DNA of 64,000 nt, taken from an uncultured Fibrobacteria bacterium (GTDB lineage Bacteria > Fibrobacterota > Fibrobacteria > UBA11236). The notes beneath the pieces are model-generated. The model was not told the DNA's origin. It ran no database searches and saw nothing but the letters and a program-made list of their open reading frames with translations. Both the position numbers and the translations under genes were made by a program. Positions 39,575 through 50,500 of the stretch are shown here, piece by piece. Position 1 is the stretch's first letter. Each line of letters opens with the position of its first letter. Where the stretch lies: positions 2,432,001-2,496,000 of the forward strand of contig OY970309.1 of NCBI GenBank assembly GCA_963716395.1, written 5' to 3'.

Positions 39575-41455
39575 TCAATGCGGGCTCAAGGTGAGGACGT
39601 AACCGTCGGAGGCGTTGGCCCAATTAAGGGTTACGATCACCGTGTTGCAAGCGATGAGAACCGCCGCGCTCGAATCGACCACGGGCGCGCTCAGCGCGCC
39701 ATCACCGGCCGGCATTCTTTCGATCAGGACCTTCGTCGCTCCGGCGCCCTGCAGCCAAGACGGAATGTGCTTGATGACGACGTTGACCGACCCGGTGACG
39801 CCGCCCTTGTTGCCGACCACGATGATGGCCTTGGCCGCCGACGCATCCGCATAGGCCACCGCATCCACCTGCGACCCGGCGGTGGTATTGATCCGCAGCC
39901 CGGTTTGATCCGCGTAACGCTGGTAGATCCAGTACTGGCTGTTCGGCTGCCAGTTGGACGCCACCAGGTCTCCCAGGTTGGAAAAGAACTCCGTTCCGTT
40001 GGCCCAGTTGCCGCGCAGGCCCTGCATGCCCGTCCGATCGAAGCGCGCGAGGAACCAGGCGGAGTGGCCCGGATTCTGTTCGGCCTGGGTCCCGTACTCG
40101 TTGACATCGAAACCTTTGAATTCCGTAATTCCCCGGCTGGCAAGACCCTGGGTGATGGTGGCCAAATCCGCCACGGGGTCGGCGCCCCCGCCTTCTTCGT
40201 GCCAGGTGAAGTAATCGGGAATGACGTTGTTGGTCTGGGCGTAGTCGAGAAAGGCGTTCATCCACGCACCGCCCGGGCCGGTCGCGAGGCTCGGCCCTTC
40301 GATGATCGCGCCGGGAATGGCGGCGCGCACCTGTTGGTAGGCGTGCGTCCAGGTAGCGAGCCATTGGGCCTGCGTGCCCGTCCAGAAGATGTTGAGATCG
40401 GGCTCGTTCCACAGTTCCCAGCGCACGTCGGGCCCGGTCATGCCATTGGCTTTTGCGCTGTCGATGAGCTGGCTCATGAAGGTCGTGAATCCCGTCCAGT
40501 CTCCGCCGTTGCCGGGAATAGGGCAGGAGTAGCCATAGTCGTCGCTGACCAAAAGGAGCAGGGTCGCGCCGATCGCCTTCGCGCGCGCGTAGTAGGCCTT
40601 CATCACGCCGAAGTGGGTGATCCAGGATTGGGCTCCGCAGCCTTCCACCACTCCGCGTCCGGCGCGCAGCCCTTTCACTTTGATGTCGGTCAGCAGGGAG
40701 GTGGGCGGCTGGGTGCCGTCCTCGGAAAGGCCGTAGATGAAACCGGACGCGAGATAGGTGGGCGCGCCCCCGGTCACGGCCATGTCGAGCGTGACCGCGT
40801 CTTTGGCCGCAGGCGGCGTCGGCGGGGTGCAGCTTGTGAGCGTGATGTCTTGCGTCTGGTCATAAGCATTGATGCCGATCCACTTCGTCTGGTAACCGGC
40901 GGCCGTGGCTTGGAGCGAATCCACGAAGGCCGCCGCCTTCGCCAGCGGCCCGCTCGCCGGAGTGGTGTACTCCAAGGAGGTGTTTGCCATCCCGCCTGGC
41001 ATGGAAAAGTAGGGGAAGATTTTTGTCTTTTCCCCGACGGAGGCCTTGATGAGCAGCAGGTTTTTCGCCTGGATTCTTTCCGTCACGTTCCAGCGATAGC
41101 TTCCGGCCGCGGCCACGTTCCAGGCGGCCTTGTCCAGGAGATTTCCCTTCAGGCCGAAGATCTCGATGCGGATGGGCTCCGCTTTGGTCACGGTGAGATC
41201 CAGCACGCTTCCGTCGAGTCGGATGTCCGCGGACATGGCCCCGGATGAGGGTTGCACGGCATTGGCGCCCGCGGTCAGGGAATACAGGCCATCGGTCCCG
41301 GTCGTATCCTTCGGCGGCGCGTGCAACAATTCCACCACCGCGTTTGCGATGGGTTGATTGGCGGCGTTCATCACCTCGCCGTGCACGTTGATGGTCTGGG
41401 CGTTGACCGTGATTCCCAGCGCCACAACGATTCCAAAAACCAGCGGTTGATCCAT
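39575..41455 (-). CDS. Secreted GH39-like (clan A) glycoside hydrolase
   Basis: WELWNEPD, IEGPS, FTWH, VNEYG; N-terminal carboxypeptidase-regulatory-like module; start uncertain (41455 or 41485). Confidence 0.78.
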   Translation of the reverse strand: MDQPLVFGIVVALGITVNAQTINVHGEVMNAANQPIANAVVELLHAPPKDTTGTDGLYSLTAGANAVQPSSGAMSADIRLDGSVLDLTVTKAEPIRIEIFGLKGNLLDKAAWNVAAAGSYRWNVTERIQAKNLLLIKASVGEKTKIFPYFSMPGGMANTSLEYTTPASGPLAKAAAFVDSLQATAAGYQTKWIGINAYDQTQDITLTSCTPPTPPAAKDAVTLDMAVTGGAPTYLASGFIYGLSEDGTQPPTSLLTDIKVKGLRAGRGVVEGCGAQSWITHFGVMKAYYARAKAIGATLLLLVSDDYGYSCPIPGNGGDWTGFTTFMSQLIDSAKANGMTGPDVRWELWNEPDLNIFWTGTQAQWLATWTHAYQQVRAAIPGAIIEGPSLATGPGGAWMNAFLDYAQTNNVIPDYFTWHEEGGGADPVADLATITQGLASRGITEFKGFDVNEYGTQAEQNPGHSAWFLARFDRTGMQGLRGNWANGTEFFSNLGDLVASNWQPNSQYWIYQRYADQTGLRINTTAGSQVDAVAYADASAAKAIIVVGNKGGVTGSVNVVIKHIPSWLQGAGATKVLIERMPAGDGALSAPVVDSSAAVLIACNTVIVTLNWANASDGYVLTLSPH

Positions 41456-41739
41456 ATATCGACTTTCTCGCGCCTTATGGCGCACCTACTCGCTCGGTCT
41501 CGGCCTTCGATCCCTCGACCGGGTTCGACATCCCTTGGCGTCCCCTGGGCCGGCTCGAGAACCGGCTCAGGCCTTACGCCGTAGGCGGATCCCGGGTGGA
41601 CCGATTATTGGAGTTGCCCTTAATAATCTAAGGGGAGCGCGAGATCACCAAAGGGCTTTTGTGACCGAAATCATGCCCCTGTATCACCGGTCGGGAATGA
41701 CTGCGGGGGGCGGGGGATCGACGGCTCGGGGGCGCGATT

Positions 41740-41766
41740 GACGGGGAGTCGAATCGGCTCCCCGTC
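41740..41766 (-). terminator. Hairpin downstream of the PfpI gene
   Basis: gacggggagtcga-a-tcggctccccgtc; no clear U tract. Confidence 0.45.
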
Positions 41767-41793
41767 GCGAAAGCTTTAAAAGAAGCAAGCCGC

Positions 41794-42393
41794 CTAGCGG
41801 GCCACGGCCTCCGCCTCGCGCTTGGCGGTCTGCGCCGGCGCATGCTCGCGCAACCAGGCCATCACCTCGCGGTAGAAACCGGGATGGTCCTGCCACGTGC
41901 GCGCGCTGATCAGGTTGCCGTCTTTCACGCATTCGCGATCTTCGTATTTTCCGCCGCCCGCCTCCGCTTCCCAACGCACATGCTCGTAGCAGGTCACGCG
42001 TTTGCCTTTTGCCAAACCTGCGGCCGCCACGATTTGCACGCCGTGGCAAATGGCGAACAGTCCCTTGTCGGCGGCGGCAAAATCGCGTAGTATCGACCGG
42101 ACGCGTTCATCATTGCGCAGGTATTCGGGCGCGCGTCCGCCGATGACGAGCACCGCCTCGTAATCGCTTACCTTCACTTCGGCGAAGGTGATGTCGGAGG
42201 TCCAGCGATATCCGGTCCGCTCTACGTAGGTGTCCCAACCGGGTTCGAAGTCATGGATGACCAGATGCAACGCGCGCTTCGAAGGGGCGGCCACCACGGG
42301 CACAAAATTGTCTTCCATGAAACGGTGGTTGGCGTAAAGCGTTTCGTAACTCTCGCCGCCGTCGCCGACGATGATTAGGATTTTGCGAGCCAT
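41794..42393 (-). CDS. DJ-1/PfpI family protein
   Basis: E..ET; IGGRAPEYLR; AICHG nucleophile elbow; DGNLISARTW.D. Confidence 0.93.
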   Translation of the reverse strand: MARKILIIVGDGGESYETLYANHRFMEDNFVPVVAAPSKRALHLVIHDFEPGWDTYVERTGYRWTSDITFAEVKVSDYEAVLVIGGRAPEYLRNDERVRSILRDFAAADKGLFAICHGVQIVAAAGLAKGKRVTCYEHVRWEAEAGGGKYEDRECVKDGNLISARTWQDHPGFYREVMAWLREHAPAQTAKREAEAVAR

Positions 42394-42670
42394 GTTTCCC
42401 CCTGCGGATGATTGAAGTTGGACGGTTTCGGAAGCCAGAGGGACTAAAATAACATGCTCCCGGTTGGTTTACCACCGGGTTATGGATGCAAGTGAAATGC
42501 GCCCTACGTCGGCCGAGCCCGGTTTCGAGGTCCCTCGAAAAGCTCGGGAACCCGGTTCAGGCCTCGGCTGGAACCCCATGCAGAAAGGGCTCCAAATCGA
42601 AAGTCGCGGCATATTTCCAAAAATGTGACCTCCGGCCAGCAGTCGCGGTTAACGGATTTTCAATCCGATA

Positions 42671-42698
42671 TTTGCAATTTGCACTTTGCAATTTGAAC
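42671..42698. repeat. Tandem 7-mer repeat (TTTGCAA/C x4)
   Basis: tttgcaa tttgcac tttgcaa tttgaac upstream of the ALDH RBS. Confidence 0.6.
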
Positions 42699-42729
42699 TT
42701 TATTCATCGCCTTTTACGGAAGGATTCGC

Positions 42730-44232
42730 ATGGAAGTAGCCTCTTTACCCGCACGCGATCCGGCCCAGAGCCGGTTTTCCGCTCCCGGCCAGCTTTTGAT
42801 TGACGGCCAATGGACGGCGGGCGAAACCGAAATGGAAGTCCGGGACAAGTACACCGGAGAAGTCTTGGGGACCATCGACTGCGCCGGCCCCAGCCAGGTG
42901 GAAGCCGCCCTTGTTTCCGCCCGCAAAGCGAGCGAAGTCATTTCGCGCCTGCCGGCCCATCGCCGCAGCGACATCCTGGAAAAGGCGTCGGCACTGATTC
43001 GCGCGCGGCGGGACCGGCTCGCCGATTGCATCGTGCGCGAATCGGGGAAAGCCCTGAAATTCGCCCGCCTCGAAGTGGATCGCGCCGTCGACACCTTTCA
43101 CCTGGCCGCCGAAGAAGCCGGGCATCTGCATGGCGAATCCGTCACCATGGACGCCGTGAAATCCGGCGAGGGCCTCGTAGGCTTCTGGCGCCGCCGGCCG
43201 GTGGGCGTGATTGCGGCCATCACCCCGTTCAATTTTCCCCTCAATCTGGTGGCCCACAAAGTTGCGCCGGCCCTGGCCGCCGGAAATGCGGTGGTGCTGA
43301 AACCGGCCGAAGTGACGCCGTTCTCCGCCGCGCTACTGTGCGAAATTCTCGTCGAGGCCGGGGTTCCCGCAGGCGCGCTCAACCTGATCCACGGAACCGG
43401 GGCGGCCGTGGGCGATCCCCTGGTGCGCGATCGCCGCGTCGACAAGGTGACCTTCACCGGCAGCGCCGCTATCGGACGCCGCATCCTGGCCGCGGCCGGT
43501 ATCAAGAAGGTTACCCTGGAGTTGGGGAATTCCTCGCCGGTGATCGTGGCTTCCGATGCGGATCTTCGCGTCGCCGCGGCCAAATGCGCTATCGGCGCCA
43601 ATTATTGTTCGGGCCAGGTGTGCATTTCCACGCAGCGCATCTTCGTCGATGCCGCCGTGGCCGAGGAATTTCAAGCGCGGTTGGCCGAAGAGACCGGCCG
43701 CCTGGTCGTCGGCGACCCGCTCGATGAAAACGTCGACGTGGGGCCGATGATTCGCCTAAGCGAGGCGGAACGCGTCGAGACCTGGGTCGCCGAAGCCGTG
43801 CAGGGCGGCGCCCGGGTGGTGGTCGGAGGGCGCCGGGAAGGCGCGGTGCATTGGCCCACGGTGCTGGAAAGAGTGACGCCCGCCATGCGCGTGGTCCGCG
43901 AAGAGGTCTTCGGACCCGTCGTTTCCGTGCGGCCGTACCAGGATTTCGAAGAGGCTTTGGCCCAGGCCGATGACACCGAATACGGATTGCAGGCCTCGGT
44001 TTTCACCCGCGACCTCGATCGCGCCTTTCGCGCCGCGGACCGGCTCAATTTCGGCGGGGTGATCATCAACGATACGCCCCACCTCCGTCCCGATCACATC
44101 CCCTATGGGGGCAACCGGCAAAGCGGGCTGGGACGGGAAGGCCTGCGCTTTGCGATGGAAGAGATGACCAATATCCAGATGATCATGATCCGCACGCCGG
44201 CTTCCGGCGCCATCCCTCGGAGCGCGAAATGA
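42730..44232 (+). CDS. NAD(P)-dependent aldehyde dehydrogenase
   Basis: ITPFNFP; LKPAE; FTGS; LELG; GQVCIS; EEVFGP; YGL. Confidence 0.95.
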   Translation: MEVASLPARDPAQSRFSAPGQLLIDGQWTAGETEMEVRDKYTGEVLGTIDCAGPSQVEAALVSARKASEVISRLPAHRRSDILEKASALIRARRDRLADCIVRESGKALKFARLEVDRAVDTFHLAAEEAGHLHGESVTMDAVKSGEGLVGFWRRRPVGVIAAITPFNFPLNLVAHKVAPALAAGNAVVLKPAEVTPFSAALLCEILVEAGVPAGALNLIHGTGAAVGDPLVRDRRVDKVTFTGSAAIGRRILAAAGIKKVTLELGNSSPVIVASDADLRVAAAKCAIGANYCSGQVCISTQRIFVDAAVAEEFQARLAEETGRLVVGDPLDENVDVGPMIRLSEAERVETWVAEAVQGGARVVVGGRREGAVHWPTVLERVTPAMRVVREEVFGPVVSVRPYQDFEEALAQADDTEYGLQASVFTRDLDRAFRAADRLNFGGVIINDTPHLRPDHIPYGGNRQSGLGREGLRFAMEEMTNIQMIMIRTPASGAIPRSAK

Positions 44233-45359
44233 AAACCGAAGCCGCCGTTCTCTATGAAATGGGTCAAACCCGACCGTATGCCGGAAGCCGGCCCCTGCAT
44301 ATCGAGACGCTGGAATTGGAAAGCCCCGGACCCGGCGAGGTGTTGGTGGAAATCGCCGCCGCCGGCCTGTGCCACTCCGACCTTTCGGTCATGAACGGAT
44401 CTCGTCCCCGCGTCATGCCCATGGTGATGGGCCATGAGGCCAGCGGCATCGTCCGCGAGATCGGACCCGGAACGCGCGGCCTGGTTCCCGGCGACCATGT
44501 GGTCTTCTCCTTTGTTCCGCATTGCGGCCATTGCCTGCCCTGTAGCGAAGGCCGGGCGGTGCTCTGTGAACCGGGAGCGCAAGCGAATACGGCGGGCTCG
44601 CTGCTCAGCGGATCGCGAAGATTCCACGATGCGCAGGGGCGGGCGCTGCACCATCATCTCGGCGTCTCCGGATTCTCGCGCTACACCGTGGCCATGACCG
44701 AATCCCTGGTGAAAATCGATCCGGAATTCCCCGTTGAGAAGGCCGCCTTATTCGGCTGCGCCGTGCTGACGGGCGTCGGCGCGGTGGTGAATACGGCCAA
44801 GGTGCGTCCCGGTGAAAGCGTCGCCGTGTTCGGATTGGGCGGGGTCGGCATGAGCGCGGTCATGGGCGCGCGCGCTTCCGGCGCCTATCCCATTATCGCC
44901 GTCGACCGTCTGGAAGCGAAGTTCGCGGCGGCCCGGCAGGCCGGAGCCACGCATGTGGTGCCGGCCGACGATAATGCCGTCGCCGAAATCCGCGATCTCA
45001 CCCGCGGCGGCGTGCAGTACGCCTTTGAGGCCGTAGGCAATGCCCGGGTTTTGGAAACCGCGTACCTGGCCACCGCGCGCGGCGGAAAAACCGTATCCAT
45101 CGGATTGGCGCATCCCGAGCAAAAGCTGTCCATCCAGGCCGTCAGTCTCGTGGCCGAAGAAAAAACCCTGATGGGATCGTATATGGGGTCGGCGGTGCCA
45201 TCCCGCGACATCCCCCGGTTCATCTCCCTGTACCGCCAAGGATTGCTCCCCGTCGATCAGTTGCTGTCCAAGACCATTCATCTCGATCAGCTCAATGCGG
45301 CCTTTGATGAATTGGATCGCGGCGAAGTCCTGCGGCAATTGCTGGTCTTTCACGCTTAG
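44229..45359 (+). CDS. Zinc-dependent alcohol dehydrogenase (class III-like)
   Basis: GLCHSD; GHEASG; CGHCLPC..C; GCAV.TG; GLGGVG. Confidence 0.94.
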   Translation: MKTEAAVLYEMGQTRPYAGSRPLHIETLELESPGPGEVLVEIAAAGLCHSDLSVMNGSRPRVMPMVMGHEASGIVREIGPGTRGLVPGDHVVFSFVPHCGHCLPCSEGRAVLCEPGAQANTAGSLLSGSRRFHDAQGRALHHHLGVSGFSRYTVAMTESLVKIDPEFPVEKAALFGCAVLTGVGAVVNTAKVRPGESVAVFGLGGVGMSAVMGARASGAYPIIAVDRLEAKFAAARQAGATHVVPADDNAVAEIRDLTRGGVQYAFEAVGNARVLETAYLATARGGKTVSIGLAHPEQKLSIQAVSLVAEEKTLMGSYMGSAVPSRDIPRFISLYRQGLLPVDQLLSKTIHLDQLNAAFDELDRGEVLRQLLVFHA

Positions 45360-45367
45360 GTGCGGAC

Positions 45368-46171
45368 TTGCTGCCCTCTTCCGGCCCGCAAGACTTGCTC
45401 CTCGACACGTCCGGATCGGGCCCCGCCTTGCTTTGCCTGCATGGCGTCGGCGGCTGCGGGGCCTGGTTCCGGGGGCTGGCCGAAAGGCTGAAACATCGCT
45501 TTCGCATTCTCGCGCTCGACCTTCCCGGCACCGGAGTCAACCGCGAAGGCCAGGCTCCCTTTTCCCTCGAGCATAGCACCGAAGTCTTGGCGCATTACCT
45601 CACGACCCAGGAGCCGGAACCCGTGTCGATTTTGGGTCATTCTCTGGGCACCATGATCGGCATGCAATTGGCCCTGGCCTGTCCGGAGAAGGTGCGCGCC
45701 ATGCTCTGCGTCGGAGGCTTGCCGGCGGTGACCCGCGCCAACCATCAACGACTGTCGGAACGGCGGGAAATCATTCGGAAGCAGGGGATGGCGGGACTGG
45801 GCTGGAAGGCGGCGATGGGAAATTTTTCTCGAACCACCTTGGCCGACAAGCCGGAAATTCTCGCTCTCTATGCCCGGCTTTGGGAGTCGCAATCCGCTTT
45901 GGCTTATATCGAAGGCATCGATGCTTTGCTCTCCGCTTCGCTCGACCATCTTACCGCAGCGGTGAAAATACCTTGTTGGGTGCTCCGGGGTTGTGAAGAC
46001 GGTTATGCGCCTCCGGAAGAATCCCGCCGCTTCTTCGCCTCTCTACCCGGTACCAAGCGATGGATCGAAATGCCGGATTGCGCCCACATGCCCTTTCTCG
46101 AATCCCCGGCGGCCTTCGCCGGTATCGTGACGGAATTCCTGGACGTCTATACTTCGCCGTCGGGGGAATGA
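45368..46171 (+). CDS. Alpha/beta hydrolase (enol-lactonase-like)
   Basis: LHGVGG; DLPG.G; GHSLG; G.ED; AHMPFLE; TTG start. Confidence 0.88.
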   Translation: MLPSSGPQDLLLDTSGSGPALLCLHGVGGCGAWFRGLAERLKHRFRILALDLPGTGVNREGQAPFSLEHSTEVLAHYLTTQEPEPVSILGHSLGTMIGMQLALACPEKVRAMLCVGGLPAVTRANHQRLSERREIIRKQGMAGLGWKAAMGNFSRTTLADKPEILALYARLWESQSALAYIEGIDALLSASLDHLTAAVKIPCWVLRGCEDGYAPPEESRRFFASLPGTKRWIEMPDCAHMPFLESPAAFAGIVTEFLDVYTSPSGE

Positions 46172-46905
46172 TTTGTCCTGGGCGAGGTCGGTGCCGACTC
46201 GAGATGCTTGTTGCGAAACGCAGTGGGTGAAAATCCGGTGTATTTCTGAAACTGGTGGGCGAAATGGCTGCTGTCGTAAAAGCCAGTTTCGCGGCTGATC
46301 TGCGTCACGGGTAACCGCGTCATGGCCAACAATTGCTGCGCGGCATCCAGCCGAAGGCGCTGGATATAGCGCACGGGCACTTCGCCGTATTGCTGTCGGA
46401 ACTTCCGTTCGAATTGTTTGACCGACAGGGAGACCATGGCCGCCAGCGCCGGAATTTCGATTTTGCGGGAGTAGTTCTCCATGATGTATTCGATCACGGC
46501 CGGCATTTTGGTGGAAGGCGCCAAGGGAGTTTTCGCCTGCTTAAGGTAGCGGCAAACGCCCTCCAGGCCGGTGGTTTTTCCCCCGGCATCCCAGAGCGGC
46601 ACCTTGGTGGTGGCAAACCATTCCGCGGACCGATCGCTGCTGGCCACGATTTCAACGCGGTTCACCAAGGGTACGCCCGATTCCACCACGCGCTCGTCGT
46701 CTTTCACGTAATGCACGGCCAAAAAGCGCGGCCAGACGTCGAAATCGGTTTTACCCAAAACCTCCGTTTCGGCATGCAGGCCCGTCATCTCGATGAAAGC
46801 GGGATTGGCGGCGGTGAAGCGGCCGCGACGGTCCTTGGCAAAATAGGCCAGGTCGGGGAAATATTGCAGCAAACCGTAGCTTCCCGCTCGAATGCCTGAT
46901 CCCAT
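46147..46905 (-). CDS. PAS-domain AraC family regulator
   Basis: FAKDRRGRF..AN; GKTDFD; TTKVPL; AraC HTH; GFYDSSHF..F. Confidence 0.92.
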   Translation of the reverse strand: MGSGIRAGSYGLLQYFPDLAYFAKDRRGRFTAANPAFIEMTGLHAETEVLGKTDFDVWPRFLAVHYVKDDERVVESGVPLVNRVEIVASSDRSAEWFATTKVPLWDAGGKTTGLEGVCRYLKQAKTPLAPSTKMPAVIEYIMENYSRKIEIPALAAMVSLSVKQFERKFRQQYGEVPVRYIQRLRLDAAQQLLAMTRLPVTQISRETGFYDSSHFAHQFQKYTGFSPTAFRNKHLESAPTSPRTNHSPDGEV

Positions 46906-46993
46906 GATTCGATTATATCGCCGAAAGTTGAAACGGAGGCTGGGAGACTCGGTAAAGATCCGTCATCGGTTTGCAGCCTTTGGCCGGACATGA

Positions 46994-47512
46994 AAACGCC
47001 GGGCCGCGAACCTGGCCAAATCCCAATTCAATCTGGTCGTGTGTGAGAATGAAATGAAGTTCCAACCCACTAAACCTTCGGAAAACCACTTCGCCCACCG
47101 CGCCGATCCCACGGCCAAGCTCTACTACAATGAACACGGTGCGCAAGGATCGGGCGGAAAATCGGATGCCGACTACAACCTGGCAAAACGCCGGTTGAAT
47201 TCCGGGGTTCTGCTCGACGGAATCGGTTGGCAATGCCACCTGACCAGCGGAGGTTTTAAAGCGGGTGATATTTCGGCGAATATCCGGCGGCGGGGGGCTT
47301 TGGGGCTGCGGGTTTCCATGACCGAAGTCGATATTGAGAACGGCACCAGGGCCGATTGGACCAATTTGCTTGGTGCCTGCCTGGAAGACTGCAACGGCAC
47401 CGCTTTCGTGACCAGGGGTCTGTATGACGGCGCCTCCTGGGCTCCGGTTTTCTCCGCGCGAACAGGCGCCGTCGACCTGCCGGGACGGACCCAGGTCGGG
47501 GCGCCGGTTTGA
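46994..47512 (+). pseudogene. Internally deleted GH10 xylanase pseudogene
   Basis: QFNLVVCENEMKF joined directly to AHRADPTAKLYYN; DGIGWQCH; MTEVDI; WDVVNE and HTLVWH absent; in-frame TGA at 46991. Confidence 0.75.
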
Positions 47513-47597
47513 CGGGGGGCGCAGAAAGCCTTATTGCCGTAACGCCGAGGATTAAAAGTGCTCTGGGATTTGAGCCGCGCGCAATGCGTCGCTCAAC

Positions 47598-50500
47598 CTA
47601 TTCGATGATTTGCACCTGACGCGTCCATTGCGCCGGCAAGCCTTCGCCTTGCAGGCGCAGCCAGAGGAAGTAGATGCCCCGCGGCAAGGGGGCGGAGGAG
47701 TGGCCCTGGAAGTCGTGGTCGAGCGAAAGCGTGTAGCGGCCGGCTTCCATCCAGCGGGCCGGCATCCATTCGGCCGTGCGCCCGTCCACGGTGACCAGTC
47801 GGGCTGCGAGGCGGGCCTGTGACGGCAGATTCAAATCCAAAAGAAAGTTGCGGCCGGCGGGAAAAAGCTGCAGGCTGAAAGCGGGCAAGGCGGTTTTGGC
47901 GGCCACGAAGATTCCCGACTTGGCCAGGGCCGCCGCCGGTCCGGCCAGGATCCACACGGTGTCGGCGCCGGGCGCAGGTTGAAACGCCGACCCCCGGGAG
48001 TCGAGGGCGAGTTTAAGGTGCCGCTGCGGCGCGACCAGCCAGGCCCTGACGCCGGCCGGCAACTCCACCGACCCGAGTCCGAGGGGCGGACCGGAGGCCG
48101 AGGCGCCGCGCACCACCACTTCCCATTGGGCCAGGGAGTCGGGTTGCAGGGGCAGATAATCGGACTGCAGCCAATGTCCCTGGCGCAGAGAGGCGAAGGC
48201 GGTTTGGCTGTCGAGCGCGGGCAGGGTGGATTCGTCTTCGACGCCTAGGCCGGTTTTCGCGTCGGGAAACATGCCGAGCTCCAAGGAGCGGTGGCCGTAA
48301 TCGAGCACGATGGCATACGGATTGGAGGCGGCCGCCGGTTTGGCCGCCGCCGAAGGCGAGGTGGTCAACTCCACCGTGGTATCGCGCGCGTAACTGTAGA
48401 CGAAGTAGCCGCGCCACGGTTCCAGCGAGTCGGAAGGGGTGTAATCTCCCAGGCCGCTGTCGAAGGCCCACAGCCCTTTGACCGTAGAGAGGCGGTAGGC
48501 GGTGCTGGTGCGGGACATGGGCCAGTACAGGGTTTGCGGCAGGGGATCGCCGATCAGGTTCCAGCCGCTGTCGAGATGCACGTGCACCGGCACGGCGGGA
48601 GCTTGCAGCGACAAAGCCGGCAGCCACAAGGAGGAAAAGGCCGCGGAGGCGCCGACCCAATAACCCCGGCCCGCGACCAGCGTGTCGCCATTTCCGCCCG
48701 CGACGTATTGCCCGCCGGCGCTTCGATACGAGAACACGCCGAAGCTCGCGATGTGGTTGGCTGCCGCGATCTGGCCGAACGAAGGCTGAGGTTCGGCCTG
48801 CACGGGAAAGCTGATGAGATCCCACGGGTAAGCCGGCGTCGCGCCGATGTGCAGCACCGCGGGGCTTTGGGTGGCGGCGATATGTTGGGCCAAATACCAG
48901 GGGGTGCCGTCGGCGGGAAAGCGCACCGATTGGGTGTGATCCGAAACCGTGAAGGATACGTACAGGGGCGCCAGCACGCCGGCGGGATTTTTCAGGTTCA
49001 GATGCACGGTGTCGGGCGTCTCGGCCGCCACCTGGCTGAGGTCGCGGCGCGGATCGTCGGATCGCTGTAGGCTGTAGAGGATGTTGGCGACGTTGTCGTT
49101 CACCACGAAATTGGCGCGCACCGAATCCAAAGCAGTCGTGACGGAGTTTATAAAAGTGACGGTGGGCGGCACCGTGTCGAGGCCCAGGAAATAAATACCG
49201 GAAGCGGTGATGGCGACGCTGTCGGCGGCGGAGACGAAGTCGATGCGGCCGTCGGGGCCGATGACGTACAGCGCGCGCGCATCGCTCGCGGGTTTGGTGA
49301 ATTGCAGGCCGGGAAAAGGCTGGCCCGGCGCGGCCGGATTCAGCAACATGGCGAAGGGGATGGAGGCGATGCCCGGCGCCGAGACGGTATCGGGCGGCGC
49401 CAACACCACGCGGGCGCTGAAGCCCGCGGCCCCGGGATTATAGAACGCGTAGCCGCCGGTCGCGAAGGTACCGCCGGGCGCGATCACGGTATCGGCGCGT
49501 GCGGAGATGTTGTAAACCAAGGTGCGGGTGGCGCTGACCTGGCTACCGGCCGCGGCCGCGGCTTTGAGCACCGAGCTTTGCTGCAAAGTGAAAGGCCCGG
49601 TGTAGGCGAAGGCCGTGCCCGGAACCGGCGTCGAACCGTCGAGGGTGTAATAAATTCCGGCTTTGGGCGAAGCATCGGATAGGGTGATCTGCACCGCGCC
49701 GAAGTATTGGCCGCCCGGCGGATGGACGGACGGGGTATCGGGGGCCAGCACGTAATTTTCGATCAGGACCTGGCTGGGGAGATAGCCGGATTGGACGGAG
49801 ATGGCCTGCAACGTGACGGTGGTGTCGAAGCGCAAAGGCTGGCTGTAAAGCGACGAGGCGGCCGTCGGAATCGCGCCGTTGGTGGTGTAATAAACCGCTG
49901 CGCCCGCATTCGGAGGCTTCAAGGTGACGATCACGGTATCGGCGAACAGTTGCCCCGAAGGCAAGGCGCCCGGAGGCGGAAGCGCGGATCCCAGCTTGGT
50001 GAAGAAGCGGGTCAGGGTATCGCTGGGGATGTCGCCGTCCATGGCCACCGCCACCAAGGTCGCGCTGGCGGTGAGATGGATGGGCCCCAGGTATTGCGCG
50101 GCGCTGACCGACTCATGGAATTGCGGGTCAATCGGCGCGCTGCCGTCCGCGGTGTAGTAGATCGGAAAGTTCCCCGGCACCGTCAACGTGACGGTCAAGG
50201 TGGAGGCGAAGGTGGTGTCCTGTCCGGGAACGCAGACAATCGGGCCCGGAGCCTTGGAATAGGTTTGCGTCAGGAGGTCGCTCGACTGCCAGTTGAGGCG
50301 GGTGGCGGCGGCTTTGAGCACGGTGGTTTGCGACAAGACCAGAGTCAACCCCATCGAATACTGTTTGCGGGTGGAGGAAGACAGGGGATCGGTGCTGTCG
50401 GTGGTATACCAGATCGAGGCGGAATCGGTGGCGCAGAAAAGCTGCACGCCGACGGAATTGTGAAAGCGCTCTCCCGATGGGGTGGCCACCGGCGTGGCCA

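Noticed and set aside
41500-41580. GGTTCGA T-loop-like motif suggesting a tRNA
   Set aside because: No cloverleaf, acceptor stem or correctly spaced T arm could be built
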